A stretch of DNA of 64,000 bases, from sequence record MK250021.1. The stretch is one strand, 5' to 3'. Shown piece after piece: positions 32,208-44,249 of this stretch (the first letter of the stretch is position 1; each line of letters opens with the position of its first letter). Below the pieces are notes generated by a model. It saw only the letters and a program-made list of their open reading frames with translations, was not told the DNA's origin and ran no database searches. A program made the position numbers and the translations under genes.

Positions 32208-33953
32208 TTAGAAATTATCATATGTTTGTTCAAGCATCTTAACATAATCCATATGATAACCAAGAGGATGTTCTGATTCATTTACAGGTTTCATAATAGG
32301 TTTTTGAGAAACTTTATAACGTTTAACAAATTCTTCATTCATTATACGTTGTGCTTCTCTATTTCTAAGACCAGTTTTCTCCCAGAACTCATCAACATCT
32401 TGTTTAGTTTCAAGAACCCAATAACGTGCCATATTCTCAATAGCATCTTGCTCTTGAAGAGAAGCATGTGTGTAAAGTTCAATATCTTTAGGATCAGCTA
32501 ATCTCAACCAATTCTTAAGGATACGTTTCTCTGCAAGAAGTGGAACATTCCATTGATTGTTAATATCATCAATCTTATAGATATTATGTTCTACTACATA
32601 TTTCATACATTTTTTCTTCTATGTAGGTTTAAGAGCCGCAAATTTCGCGAAGTTATCTGGTGATAATGAAACAGAGAATGGATAACGTGAAATAATCTGT
32701 TCTTTAATTGCTTCCTTTTTTTCGAGATTATCAAGAAGATCTTGGAATTCCTCCATATCTTTATCAGTTTCAGCTGCAATTCTTTCTGCTTTTTCTGTAG
32801 ATGTTTTTGAATCTTCGTCAGCAGGCACAGAATCTTCTGCATCATCATTAGTTGTATCTGTATCAGAAACGTCTTCATCTTTTGAATTATCATCTGAATC
32901 AGCATCACCATCATCGGCTTTATCCTCATCAGACTATCCTTCTACATCAAGAATATCTGCACGTTTTTCGGCTTTCTCATCATCGTCTGTATTTTCATCG
33001 GAATCACTATCAGCATCTTCTGATGTAATATCGAGGATTAATGCGCGTTTCTTTTCTTTCTCATCATCTGTAGGTTCTGATTTTGAATCTTCACTCTTAT
33101 TATCTTTTGTATCATTATTTTCATCTTTATTATCAGATGAATCGTCAGAACTACTACCATCTGGTGTTACGTCTGCTTCTGGTAATTTGAATTCTTCTTC
33201 ATCTTCTTCAAGTAATGGTTTTGATAAATCTTTCAAATTAACCGGTTTGTTTTTCATTTCCATACATTTTTCATTTATTGGAGCATCTTGCTCAAGTTCA
33301 TTGACTGTAACACCTTCCATAAGGACCTTATATTTCTTATTAGTTGTTTCTTTCTCTGATTTTTGAGCTGATACTGATTCATTGAGATATGACATAGTAT
33401 TAACTCCCAATGATTCATTAACCCTATCAAGTTTCGCTTCAGCGAAACCAGGAGTACAAACAATATCATATGTGAAAATCTGAGCGATTTCTACCTCATG
33501 TGTTTTCTCATCTACATCACCTGCTGCACGAGAAGAAACAAACAATGGATAACCTGCTTCTACTAATTCCTATGCAATTTTACCATTAGGTGTATCAAGA
33601 ATTTCAAGTTTACCCATTACATTATGATTTTCCTAATCATACCAAAGGTCTGTAATCTTATGTGAAGCTTCCTTTAACTAAATATCAAAACGTCCTTCAG
33701 GATGATCCAATTCACCAAGAATTGAACCACTTTCCTTAATCATCTCTCGTAAATATCCAAGGTGACGTAAAACTTCTTTTTCTGGATAACTTCTATTATT
33801 ACGGTTAATTACAACATGACCTGGAACAGAACATGCAGTAAATACACCGGAGAATATATATTTCTTATTATTTGGTGTACTGTCAAGAGACTCGTTAAGC
33901 GTAAGAGGCTACAATGACTTACTTTTTATCATTAACTTATTACTTTTTGTCAT
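32208..33953 (-). CDS. Prohead core protease (T4 gp21-like) fused to an acidic linker and a helical C-terminal domain, 581 aa (6 TAG)
   Basis: NRNNRSYP, GELDHP, DTPNG, VSSRAAG motifs; in frame through TAG with track ORFs 32934-33545, 32619-32828 and 32208-32606. Confidence 0.85.
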
Positions 33954-34001
33954 AAAACAAAATAAATCTTATTTTTATTATTTATTTACTTTATTTATAG
34001 T

Positions 34002-35345
34002 TTATTTTCTATAAATTAACATTTTATCGATATTTGTAGATATATGTTTACTTTTAAATAATCCAGTATTTGGATCAATAAAATCATATAAATTACTACC
34101 TAATAATAGCCAGATATTTGTAATTATAATTTTATTTTCAGATAAACTATAATCGCATAATACATATATAGGATTAGTTGCATTATTTTTGTCTCTCTAA
34201 TTCTTTGTTAAAGTTATATTTCCGAATTTTTCATTATATGATTTTATTTCAAATGTTTGTTTTAGTTCTTTATTTTTCTTGGGGTTAAATTCTATTAAAA
34301 AATCATGTACTTTTCCTCTTTTTGTAGTATTTATATTTTCTTTCTAACAATGAAATTCAGTTTTAAACATATCAATCATAAATTTAGCAACATATTGCTC
34401 TATTAACTAACCAGCAATATTAATCATAAGGTATTTATAAAAATCAGAATTAACAATATTATTAATAGGTATCTAAATATTTAATACAATTTCTGGTTTA
34501 AATGTAGTTTGAAAATATTTGAAAATTTTATCTTTTATTTCTCCATTATTAAATTTATTTGTTAATCTTTGATCTTCTTCATTAATAATATCTTCATTAA
34601 TACTTTCATATATCATCTTTAAATCATTACTAGATATTTTATGATATGATTCTTTTACAGATATAGGTTCAACTCTACTCGTAAAATCTTCGATACATTT
34701 CTTTGTATCAAATTCTATATTTCGTCCTAAACCTCTTAATTTATCTTTATCTTTTTCTTTATCTAATATTCCTTCTTTTACCAATTCATCGAATGCATAT
34801 TTGTCATCAGAAATATATGTTGTTCCATTCTTTTTCCATTCATCTGTATATGTTTCAGTTTTACTATCATAACTAGCATCACAATTACCAAATAATCTTT
34901 TTGTATCTTTCCTGTATGCATTTCCTTTCTCTGGTATATAACATCTGAATTGCTTTCCATCATAATAAATCATTACACATAATGGGCATTCCCAATCACC
35001 TCCAACCATCATTACAATATACGGACATCCTTTAACTGTTCGTAATCCACCGGTAATATCATAATTTTCCCAATCAGGTTGAATTCCTTTAAAATCTTTC
35101 TTAATGATAGTTTCACCTTTCTTATCATTATAATATATTGTTCTTATAGCTCTTGGTAATGATGATATAATTTTGGAAGTAGAATTAGTTTTATTCATTT
35201 TATCGGTAGTCCAACTATCATCTTTACATGTATCAAGAATAAATTTCTTTGCTTTCTCTCCAAACTATTTCTCTGATAATTTAGCAATCTTTCTACCACC
35301 TTTTCTTAATTTTACATCATTATATAATGAATAATATTTTCCCAT
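34002..35345 (-). CDS. Two-domain protein, 447 aa (5 TAG): GGDWECP domain plus a possible PD-(D/E)xK nuclease
   Basis: ATG 35345 to TAA 34002; C-terminal HDFLIEF...TFEIKS. Confidence 0.6.
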
Positions 35346-35347
35346 TG

Positions 35348-36823
35348 TTAACTATATTTTATTTTATATTTTTTAATTTCAGATGGAACAGTATATAAGA
35401 ATTTTATAAATTCATCTAACGTCCATTCTGCATATGAATCAAATTCGTCTTCATTAATATCCAAACTTAATAATTCTCTATTAACATAATAATCAATATT
35501 TGATTTATCTATTATTAAATTATCATTTAACCATAAATCATTAATAACTTTATTCTTTATTAATAATTTTATATTTGGATAATTTTTACCTTTATTATCT
35601 GTATCATTCATTGTAACACTATCGCATACTTCATATAATAATTCAAATTCTCTGAATGTTAATACATCAATAGACATACAATCATCATTATCATATGTGT
35701 CACTATCTTGACCATCCAAATATATAACATCTTCTAATGGGAAATAATAATCATTATCATTTAAATTCTATATTTCATCATCAACAATAACATTATAAAT
35801 TTTTGCATAATTTCCATTTGGATCACCATAACCATAATCAAATTCACCAACATCAAATGTTAATGTTCCTCTATCATATCCTAATTTTAGAAAATCCCAT
35901 GAATTTAATAATCTTCCAGAATTTCCCTTATTACTCATAGGTGTACCTTTATCAAAAAATGCAATATTATTCATGTTATATTTTCTTAAATCTATACATG
36001 AAAAATCCTAATCAAATGAACCACATAGAAATAACATATTCTTAAATGATTTTACACTATTCATATTCCATTTCTATATAGGTTGATTAAACTTCTTACA
36101 TAAACTAAACATGTTATCCATACATTCTACTTTTGATACATCCCAATTACTAATATCCTAATTAAATAGTTCACAGTTATTAAACATATCGGTCATGTCA
36201 AGAGCATTCTCAGTATTCCATTTAGTTATATCACCATTAAATTTCCTACATGTATCAAACATACCTATAAAAAATTCAACATTATGAACGTCCCAATTAC
36301 TTATACCATTATTACCATCATATTCTTTACAGTAAATAAACATGTTTGTCATTGTACATACATTAGATGTATTCCATTTACTAAGATCACATATCTATAT
36401 CTAATTGCCAAATACTTGTTTCATTCTTGTTACATGTGCAGTATTCCAATCCTCTACATGCCAAAATATAGGATACTTATCTCCCATCTATGGTTTGAAC
36501 TAAAGTAAATAATCCAATTTCTTTACATTACGTATATCAATCCAATTAAGATTAAATTCATGTATATCATCTTTAAATAACTAAGGTTTAATCTTATTAT
36601 AAATTAAATCATGTAATTCATTATAATCCGCAACTTTATATTGAAACTATGGTGTTAATACTAATTCTAGATCATCATCAGATACAGTAAAACCATTCTT
36701 TAACTTATTTAATATATTATCGACATCTCGACCTATTAATATATCACTATGATCAATTTCATTATCAAATATATCGTCATCATCAAATAATGATTCCATT
36801 AAATTATATATATATTTCTTCAT
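35348..36823 (-). CDS. BspA/DUF285 26-residue-repeat protein, 491 aa (10 TAG)
   Basis: Repeats WNTSNVCTMTNMF, WDVHNVEFFIGMF, FN*DISNWDVSKV, FNQPI*KW. Confidence 0.85.
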
Positions 36824-36852
36824 ATATTAATATAAATATTATTTTAATAAAA

Positions 36853-37179
36853 TTACCAATGATAACCTAATTCTGCACCCATTGCGGCTAATACTAATTT
36901 AGATGTTAAAAGATTTCCTAAAGTTCCTTTTTCATCAATGCCTAAACACTTACAAATAGCTTTCATTATACTTTGTCCAATAGTTGATGAAACTGCACTT
37001 CCTAATAATGCAGTAAATAAACCTTCATCTACTACATCTTCCAGCGGTACACCTTCTTTTTTCGCAATTTCATTTGCTTCAACTATATAATCATATACTT
37101 TCTTACTATCCATTATCTATTTAGGCGTATAACCACTTAAATCAATGCCTTCAAATAAATTATTATATTTTTCACTCAT
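36853..37179 (-). CDS. Probable virion/head protein, 108 aa (one TAG)
   Basis: MSEKYNNLFEG...K*IMDSKK in frame with the track ORF; hydrophobic C-terminus after VDEG. Confidence 0.6.
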
Positions 37180-37300
37180 TATATTATTAAAATCAATTCT
37201 TTAAGATATTTATTTTATATATAAATAATCTGAATAAATATCTAAAAGATAATAATGAATTATCTTATAAATGTAAAAAATAATTATCGATAATTATAAT

Positions 37301-38554
37301 ATGAAAAAACAAATGAAAACAGTTAATAAAGTTAATTCAAAGAAAGAACTTTATAACTCTATTATGGAATCTGTTGTTCCTTAGATTGCAAAAGCATTGA
37401 GTGAAGCAGAAGATGAAGATAAAGATGTAGATTCTGCTGAAGATGATGTAAAGGATGCAGAGAAAAATGAGTGTGATAATGTAGATGAAGCGGCACTTAA
37501 CGAGTTATTCGGTTTTGGTTCATCAGTGAAGAAACCTGAGAAAGCATTATCTCTTGAAAATTCTGATGAAGAGAATGCAGATTTATTTATTGCATGGTCA
37601 GCATACTATATGTCTAAATGTAGCAATGATGCAAAGAAAGGTATGGAGATGTTCTTGAAAGAATCGGGTGAGATTATTTCAAAAGCACCTATGATGATTG
37701 TTAAGGGTATTCTTCGTTTAATGTCTGGTGCAATTAAAGGTGCAGTATTTGGTGTTGGTACAGTTGCTGCTGTTGTTCTTGGAGGTATTTCTATGTTGGT
37801 TCGTATGGCAGTAAACGGTGTAGAGAAAGCAAAAGAAGCACTTGCTGAATTATATAAAACTATTAAACAAGGTATTTCAACATTCTATAAGAATTTTACA
37901 TCTGGCACTGATAAGATGGTTAATGATTCAAAAGATAAGTTAACTGTATGGCTTGGTGTTCTTTCAGGTGCACTTATGGCATGTGCAAATAAAATTCAAG
38001 GAGCTGCTGAAGCAATGGGTGATTTCTTCAAACAAGTTCTTGCAGACGCTAAAGAGAAGAAAGATGCAGCTGTTCTTATCGTAAAGACTTGGTTACAGGC
38101 AAAATCAGAAGCAGTTAAATCTTGGATTACAGAAACTGGTGGAGAAATTCGCAAAACTGTAATTGAAGCATGGAATGCAATGGATAAAAAAGTCCGTAAT
38201 ACTTATGATAAGGTAGCTAAAGCACTTGAATCATGGATGAATGATATTAAGGAGCTTGTCCAAGCAGTTTCACAGAAAGTATCAGATGCGGCAGATAAAG
38301 CTAAAGATGTTGTAATTGATAAGAAAGATAAAGCACTTGTATGGGGTATTTAGAAAGGAGTTAAAGGTCTTTCAAAGAATTATACAGAAGATCAAGTTGT
38401 AGCCCTTGTTCGTAAATGTTATAATGAGTCTGTAGTTCCTAATAAGAGAACTGGTAATATCATTATCAATGAAGCATATATGCATGCTAAAGGAACAAGA
38501 ACACGTATGCTTTATGAAAAGAGATTAGCACGTAAAGCTAGATTATTGAAGTAA
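37301..38554 (+). CDS. Helical, apolipoprotein-like protein, 417 aa (2 TAG), probably virion-internal
   Basis: ATG 37301 (LYNSIMES...LSE) through TAG to TAA 38552; amphipathic helices with two hydrophobic segments; TATAAATA at 37220. Confidence 0.65.
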
Positions 38555-38615
38555 TTTAATTTTACAATCATATAATGAATTAAGGGATAAATCATTAAGA
38601 TTTATCCCTTCTTTT

Positions 38616-38843
38616 TTATAATGAAAAATTTGAATATTGTTGAATTGCATCAACTGTTTGTTGTGCAACCGGTATTTTATATTTAATTAACAGTTCAATT
38701 AATTGTCTTTGAGTTAATTCAATTTTATCTGATTTAACATATACATATTTTGTTTGAACACCAACTTTACTTAAATCGATAGGCTTACATTTTCTATCTT
38801 CTGTATCAATTGGTTTAATCTTATCAAAATTAAAAGATTTCAT
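38616..38843 (-). CDS. Hypothetical protein, 75 aa
   Basis: Intact ORF. Confidence 0.6.
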   Translation of the reverse strand: MKSFNFDKIKPIDTEDRKCKPIDLSKVGVQTKYVYVKSDKIELTQRQLIELLIKYKIPVAQQTVDAIQQYSNFSL

Positions 38844-38917
38844 TTATTCTATAAAATAATTTTATTATTTATTTTAAATATATGTTGTCTCTCTTTTATG
38901 ATCAAAGATTGTCATAT

Positions 38918-39166
38918 CTATTTTTCTGTAAATCTATGTAACTTTCTTAAAGATGCGGGCGAACTAGAAATTGATAAATCATGTATAAATATTTTTAATT
39001 TATTATTTCTTATTTCTTTTTCTCTGCGTTTATTAAGATTATTTTCTCTCTTAATACTTGCATGAACAATACCATTATATTGATGTTTACTTTTAAACAT
39101 TGGTCGTTCATCATCTATACGATTTCGTTTATTATTAATAATACGTCTATTAAATTTTTTTATCAT
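38918..39166 (-). CDS. Hypothetical basic protein, 82 aa (MIKK family)
   Basis: Intact ORF. Confidence 0.6.
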   Translation of the reverse strand: MIKKFNRRIINNKRNRIDDERPMFKSKHQYNGIVHASIKRENNLNKRREKEIRNNKLKIFIHDLSISSSPASLRKLHRFTEK

Positions 39167-39169
39167 ATA

Positions 39170-39382
39170 TTATAGTATTTTATTAAGGTCATTCATAATT
39201 TTTGTTAATGAATTTGCATTCATATATGGATTAAAATTTTGTAATTTGGACTTTAATGATTCTTGTATTTGTTGTTGTTCTTTTTTTCGTGTATATTCAT
39301 TATATGAATCATTTAAAATTTTATATACAAGATTTATTAATTCATCTAAATTATTCGTATGCTTATTTTTAAACTTTATCAT
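39170..39382 (-). CDS. Hypothetical protein, 70 aa (MIKF family)
   Basis: Intact ORF. Confidence 0.6.
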   Translation of the reverse strand: MIKFKNKHTNNLDELINLVYKILNDSYNEYTRKKEQQQIQESLKSKLQNFNPYMNANSLTKIMNDLNKIL

Positions 39383-39951
39383 TATTTAAAAATTTTAAAT
39401 ATTCCTAAAAATTTCTTTTTTTTCATATCTTCAATCTGTTGTTTAAGATCTGTATTTTCATTTTCAAGAATCTTATTTTTCTTTTTAATATCAATATAGA
39501 GATTTTCTATTTGTTCAAGGTCTTGTTTGTAATAATTAAACGCATTTTCTCTTTCTTCGTTATTACAGTGATTAAGGCATTTAATAAACATTTCAATGAT
39601 TAATAGAGATGATTCTTTTTGCATATCCTCAATCATTTCTGAATGCTTATCTGGATCTGAATCTAATCCATCTTTTTCATATTCTATTGTTTTCTTTGCC
39701 AATGTAGATGTAGCTCTTATTTGATATTCATTAAATAAATCTTGAATAAATTTACGTGTTCTCTTAATGAATTCAATATCTTCTTTTGATTTACCTTCAA
39801 GTTCTTTATCATCCCATGCAATCTGGGTACAAATATTATCAGGATTTACATTTTCTTTCTGAAGTATTTCATATTCTTCTTTCAAATCACTCAAATTATT
39901 TTGAAATACTTCGTTTATTAATTTATCTCGCCTTGTAACTAAACTTTCCAT
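39382..39951 (-). CDS. Coiled-coil protein, 189 aa
   Basis: Intact ORF; heptad-rich C-terminus. Confidence 0.7.
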   Translation of the reverse strand: MESLVTRRDKLINEVFQNNLSDLKEEYEILQKENVNPDNICTQIAWDDKELEGKSKEDIEFIKRTRKFIQDLFNEYQIRATSTLAKKTIEYEKDGLDSDPDKHSEMIEDMQKESSLLIIEMFIKCLNHCNNEERENAFNYYKQDLEQIENLYIDIKKKNKILENENTDLKQQIEDMKKKKFLGIFKIFK

Positions 39952-40197
39952 TCTAACTAATTATTCTTTTATTATAATTTATATAATACAATTAAATAAA
40001 TGTCTTATTTATAAAAATAAAAGTGATATATATTGGTTTATATATCACTTTTATATATTATTTACATGTAGACCATCGTTGTTTCATACACATATCTACA
40101 TATTCTTCTTCTAATGCATCACCAATAAAATTATTGATTGCTTCTTTGAATCTCTTTAAAAAATTTTTCATATAATAATTAATTTTAAATGTTATAA

Positions 40198-40210
40198 TAC
40201 AAAGATACAT
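40198..40210 (-). promoter_or_regulatory. Class I promoter
   Basis: TACAAAGATACAT. Confidence 0.7.
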
Positions 40211-40231
40211 TAATTATTTTATATGAAAAAA

Positions 40232-40621
40232 TTAATTTATTAATTCATAATAAGTTAATACTTTACAATATCCTGAATCCCAAGAATCATAATAAAAACC
40301 ATTTATAGATGCGACCACATGTCCTCTTAAATTCAATAAAAAATATCCTTTATCATATTTTTTTACAAATTCGCTAACGGTTAATCTATGTTGACCTTTA
40401 GTCATTCGGCCAAATGAACGTTTAACATAATTATGTTCTTTTAACCATAATTCAATTATCTTCCATTCATTAGGCATTCGTTTTTTCTTCCTACCTAATG
40501 CACATAATTCATCATAACATGTATACCAATCTCTATGAGTTAATTTCATCATAGCCCTTATGGCACAATCATCCGCATTCTTTTTCTGAGATACAAATTT
40601 AATATATCTATCATTGATCAT
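40232..40621 (-). CDS. Conserved phage hypothetical protein, 129 aa
   Basis: DCAIRA...GH...YDSWDSG pattern typical of phage proteins. Confidence 0.7.
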   Translation of the reverse strand: MINDRYIKFVSQKKNADDCAIRAMMKLTHRDWYTCYDELCALGRKKKRMPNEWKIIELWLKEHNYVKRSFGRMTKGQHRLTVSEFVKKYDKGYFLLNLRGHVVASINGFYYDSWDSGYCKVLTYYELIN

Positions 40622-40706
40622 AATTAATAAAATTAATTTATATAATAAAATATTAATCTATTTCTTTAAACAAAAAAATCTGGAAATTATAAACTTCCAG
40701 ATTTTC

Positions 40707-41678
40707 TTACATATCATATTCATGTTTCTTATCTAATTCAGAATCAATTATCTTATAGAAGTCATATATATATTGATTAAAATAATCATTAAAGAAATTA
40801 TATACGTTCTTTGCAATTTGCTTATCTCTTCTTGTTAACTTATAATCGAGTTTCTTAATATTTTCAATGTATTCTTTATCAATACCAAAATTATTTATAT
40901 TTAATTCCGTTAAATAATATCCTAAATAAAATACTGGTCTCATTTCATTTGGGTCCTCATCCATAAAATGGAATAAGAAAAAATAAAATAAATTATAATA
41001 ACTAGTATTAATAAAATAATTTATTAAACAACATATACGTTTAAATCCATGATTACCATAACAAATTAAATTTACGTCGTCTTGAGATAATTTATCAATA
41101 TTTTCTTTGATATTTTTTTCTCTATTTATTTTTTCTGAAGGTGATAGCAAAGAAATCATTCTTGTTATGAATAAAAATTCAGATGAAGATATATTTATAT
41201 CATTTTTTAAGTTATGAACATATGTTATACTATCTTCAATTTTAATTCTATTAGTCAAACAGAATTCCAAATAAAATAGTTGTGTTCTTAATTGATGTTC
41301 ATATTTATTAATATCAGAACTTACATAATGTAAGTTCAAAAATATAAACATTCCTTCATCATTTAATTTAATATCTGTAAATTGATAATCATCATCGTCA
41401 TAATAATGAACATATATAGATACTCCTCCACCATAAGGTGTAAGCATATTCATAAATTCATATACACTATCTGCACTTAATGGATATTCACGAGATAACT
41501 TAAGTTCTATTTCAAAATTATTTTCTATTGATTTTGTAATAGCTTCATGTGCAATATCCTTATGTAATTTAGCACATCTATCATAGAATTCTTTAATTGC
41601 TGTATATCTGTATGTTGGTATAATATCTCTTATCTTATTTACAATATTCTTATTTAACATCTTTTTACTCAATGCCAT
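40707..41678 (-). CDS. Hypothetical protein, 323 aa
   Basis: Intact ORF. Confidence 0.7.
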   Translation of the reverse strand: MALSKKMLNKNIVNKIRDIIPTYRYTAIKEFYDRCAKLHKDIAHEAITKSIENNFEIELKLSREYPLSADSVYEFMNMLTPYGGGVSIYVHYYDDDDYQFTDIKLNDEGMFIFLNLHYVSSDINKYEHQLRTQLFYLEFCLTNRIKIEDSITYVHNLKNDINISSSEFLFITRMISLLSPSEKINREKNIKENIDKLSQDDVNLICYGNHGFKRICCLINYFINTSYYNLFYFFLFHFMDEDPNEMRPVFYLGYYLTELNINNFGIDKEYIENIKKLDYKLTRRDKQIAKNVYNFFNDYFNQYIYDFYKIIDSELDKKHEYDM

Positions 41679-41690
41679 TTAATATATTTA

Positions 41691-41909
41691 TTATTTATAA
41701 CGATATGAAATACGACCCTTTGTAAGATCATATGGTGACATTTCAACTTTTACCTTATCCCCTGTAATAAGTTTAATATAATTCATTCTAAGTTTACCAG
41801 CAAGAACACAGTTAATTTCAAATCCATTTTCAAGTTCAACCTTAAATCTTGTGCTAGGTAGACATTCGGTAATAACACCATTCATTTCCAATGCTTTTTC
41901 TTTCGCCAT
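41691..41909 (-). CDS. infA: Translation initiation factor IF-1
   Basis: 72 aa; [37 protein letters not shown]. Confidence 0.97.
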   Translation of the reverse strand: MAKEKALEMNGVITECLPSTRFKVELENGFEINCVLAGKLRMNYIKLITGDKVKVEMSPYDLTKGRISYRYK

Positions 41910-41933
41910 TATTAAATTATTAGTTTTATAAAA

Positions 41934-42128
41934 TTATTCATATGAGACATAAACATTATGTGTTTTATATTCATCATTCTCATCGAACACGCATATATTT
42001 ATCTTATATCCTGATATTTTCTTTATGAAAATATTCCATATATCTTTAAATGTTAATTCAACACCTTCTATATAAGGTCCTTTTTCTTGAATTCTTTTTT
42101 CTACAATTTTTTTATTTAATAAATCCAT
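41934..42128 (-). CDS. Hypothetical protein, 64 aa
   Basis: Intact ORF. Confidence 0.6.
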   Translation of the reverse strand: MDLLNKKIVEKRIQEKGPYIEGVELTFKDIWNIFIKKISGYKINICVFDENDEYKTHNVYVSYE

Positions 42129-42131
42129 AAT

Positions 42132-42290
42132 TTATCTAATTAACATTTCTTCAAATTCTAAATCAGTTGGATATACATTAACTGATAATAAATTTATTTG
42201 TTTTTTAATATTTCTTATTTCTAATTTTAAATAATTAAAATCGGAAACTACTTTTTTAAAATTATTATTTTTATTTCTAAATTTAATCAT
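42132..42290 (-). CDS. Hypothetical protein, 52 aa (MIKF family)
   Basis: Probable start MIKFRNK at 42290. Confidence 0.55.
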   Translation of the reverse strand: MIKFRNKNNNFKKVVSDFNYLKLEIRNIKKQINLLSVNVYPTDLEFEEMLIR

Positions 42291-42507
42291 TACAATATGA
42301 CATTTGAATTGTTGGTGTATATGTTTTATATGTATATTGTGTACCTTTTCTATGTTGATGACTATTAAATGTGTTAACCATATCATTTTGATGACATTCT
42401 AAATTCTTAAGGTGTTGTTCCAATATAGATATAGAATCTCTTAAAAATATAATTTTATCATTTAATATTTTTATTTGATTCTTCTTCGATTCTTTAAACT
42501 TAATCAT
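42283..42507 (-). CDS. Small coiled-coil protein, 74 aa (MIKF family, FNSHQH)
   Basis: Intact ORF. Confidence 0.6.
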   Translation of the reverse strand: MIKFKESKKNQIKILNDKIIFLRDSISILEQHLKNLECHQNDMVNTFNSHQHRKGTQYTYKTYTPTIQMSYCND

Positions 42508-42773
42508 TTTATTAATTGCATCGGTATATCAGTTTCAAATGTTTTACTATAACCATTATAACCTGTTTGAACATGTATATGATCATTAAATATTTTTGCA
42601 TTTTCTTTCATTAAATATTTAATATTATCTATATCATTTTTGGTATTTGCTTTTAGTGATCTTAATTCACTTTCCAGTTGCTGTATTCTATTACGTAATT
42701 CCATATTGTTCCAACCAAGTTCATTAAAACGACAAGCAAGATTACGTTTATTATAAGGTTTCTTTTTAATCAT
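42504..42773 (-). CDS. Small coiled-coil protein, 89 aa (MIKK family, FNDHIH)
   Basis: Intact ORF. Confidence 0.65.
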   Translation of the reverse strand: MIKKKPYNKRNLACRFNELGWNNMELRNRIQQLESELRSLKANTKNDIDNIKYLMKENAKIFNDHIHVQTGYNGYSKTFETDIPMQLIK

Positions 42774-42777
42774 TATA

Positions 42778-43281
42778 TTATCTTGTAATAGAAATATTCA
42801 TATCATCAAATACATTTTGATCTGCAAGTAATATCCAGCGTCCATTATCATTAATACAGCATCGCCCTATAACCATATTATCATTCATATAGATATAATA
42901 ATAATTTTCACCGATGCCTCTTGATCCATATTGATGATTCCAATCTGTATTTTTAATAATATTATCTATATCAAATTGTTTCTTTACATTTTCATTAGTA
43001 TTACCAAATATACAATACCAGTTATAATCATCATATTTCTCATGTATCACTTCCAAATTATTTTCCTTAATAACTTTACATATTTCAGAAAAAAGTGTCT
43101 TAGAAACAAAATCTGATGCCTTATATGAAGGATATTTATTAACTAATATACCATCATTAAATGATTCAACAAATTTCTTCCAATTAACAGGATTTAAACA
43201 AACTTTTGCTTGTTCCTTTCTCTTATTTTTATTTGTTGATTCAAATAATATATTCATTGTATCTCTTATATTCTTATTCAT
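42778..43281 (-). CDS. Hypothetical protein, 167 aa (ILFES motif)
   Basis: Intact ORF. Confidence 0.7.
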   Translation of the reverse strand: MNKNIRDTMNILFESTNKNKRKEQAKVCLNPVNWKKFVESFNDGILVNKYPSYKASDFVSKTLFSEICKVIKENNLEVIHEKYDDYNWYCIFGNTNENVKKQFDIDNIIKNTDWNHQYGSRGIGENYYYIYMNDNMVIGRCCINDNGRWILLADQNVFDDMNISITR

Positions 43282-43305
43282 ATTTTTACCTTATTATAAT
43301 TAACT

Positions 43306-43334
43306 ATTATAATAATTAAAAATAAAAAAGTCTA
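43306..43334 (-). promoter_or_regulatory. Class II promoter TAGACT-N17-TATAAT
   Basis: Motif with 17-bp spacing. Confidence 0.6.
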
Positions 43335-43370
43335 TAACCGTATAAAAGTTATAGACTTATATATAATATT

Positions 43371-44249
43371 TTACTTATCGTATAATTTTGAAAGTAATGT
43401 TAATACTGTAATACTTTTTGGACCATAAGATTCATTTAAAATTTCACATGCACGTTTAATAGTCTGACCTCTACTAATAGTATTATCAATTAAAAGTATA
43501 TTTTGACCATTTATAATTTTAGAATATCTTGCATACTTATCAGGTGTAATTTTTAAGGTGTCTAATAAAGTGTCTCTCATTAAATTATCAGTAACAAGAT
43601 GACAAGAAAACATACCATTTCGTTCTTCATTCATTTTATCAAAATATAAATGTAACTGATCATATGCTTCATCAAATTCTTCTTTATATACTTTTCTAAA
43701 ATAAGAATCCTTTCTCATTACAATTTCATCAACCTCCTCTACTGTTAATTTACATATTACCCCTTCAATTAATTTTGCATCTTTACTTTTTGACATTATA
43801 ATATCCGCAATATGCTTATTTAATGAATTACCACTTGGTATAATAACAGTAACACCTATAGGATATAATTTCGCAAATTTTTCTGCAATTAAATCAAATT
43901 GTTTTTCTATTAATTCTTTATCTTTTTCTGATTTGAATTTCCAATCACGTTCACCTTTTAATGCATATATTAATGGATTTCCATCACCAGCAGTTCCTCT
44001 CTTTCTTTTAAATATAGACCATACATTAACATTAGGTACTAAGTTATTATCTAATGATGGATTATTATCAAATGATGTATCTACATTATTTTCATGTTCA
44101 GAATTATAAGAAACAAATTTATGAATTCGGTCTATATCTATTCCTTCTATTAATTATTTACTATTATTAATTTCTTCAAATAATAATTTCATTACATCTT
44201 TTATATTTCTATTCATTACTACAGTATCATTTATTTTAAAAATATCCAT
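43371..44249 (-). pseudogene. Phosphoribosyltransferase-like protein interrupted by an in-frame TAA at 44154-44156
   Basis: PRT motif ILLIDNTISRGQTI; the frame is open from ATG 44249 except for one TAA at codon 32 (NNSK*LIEG). Confidence 0.6.
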
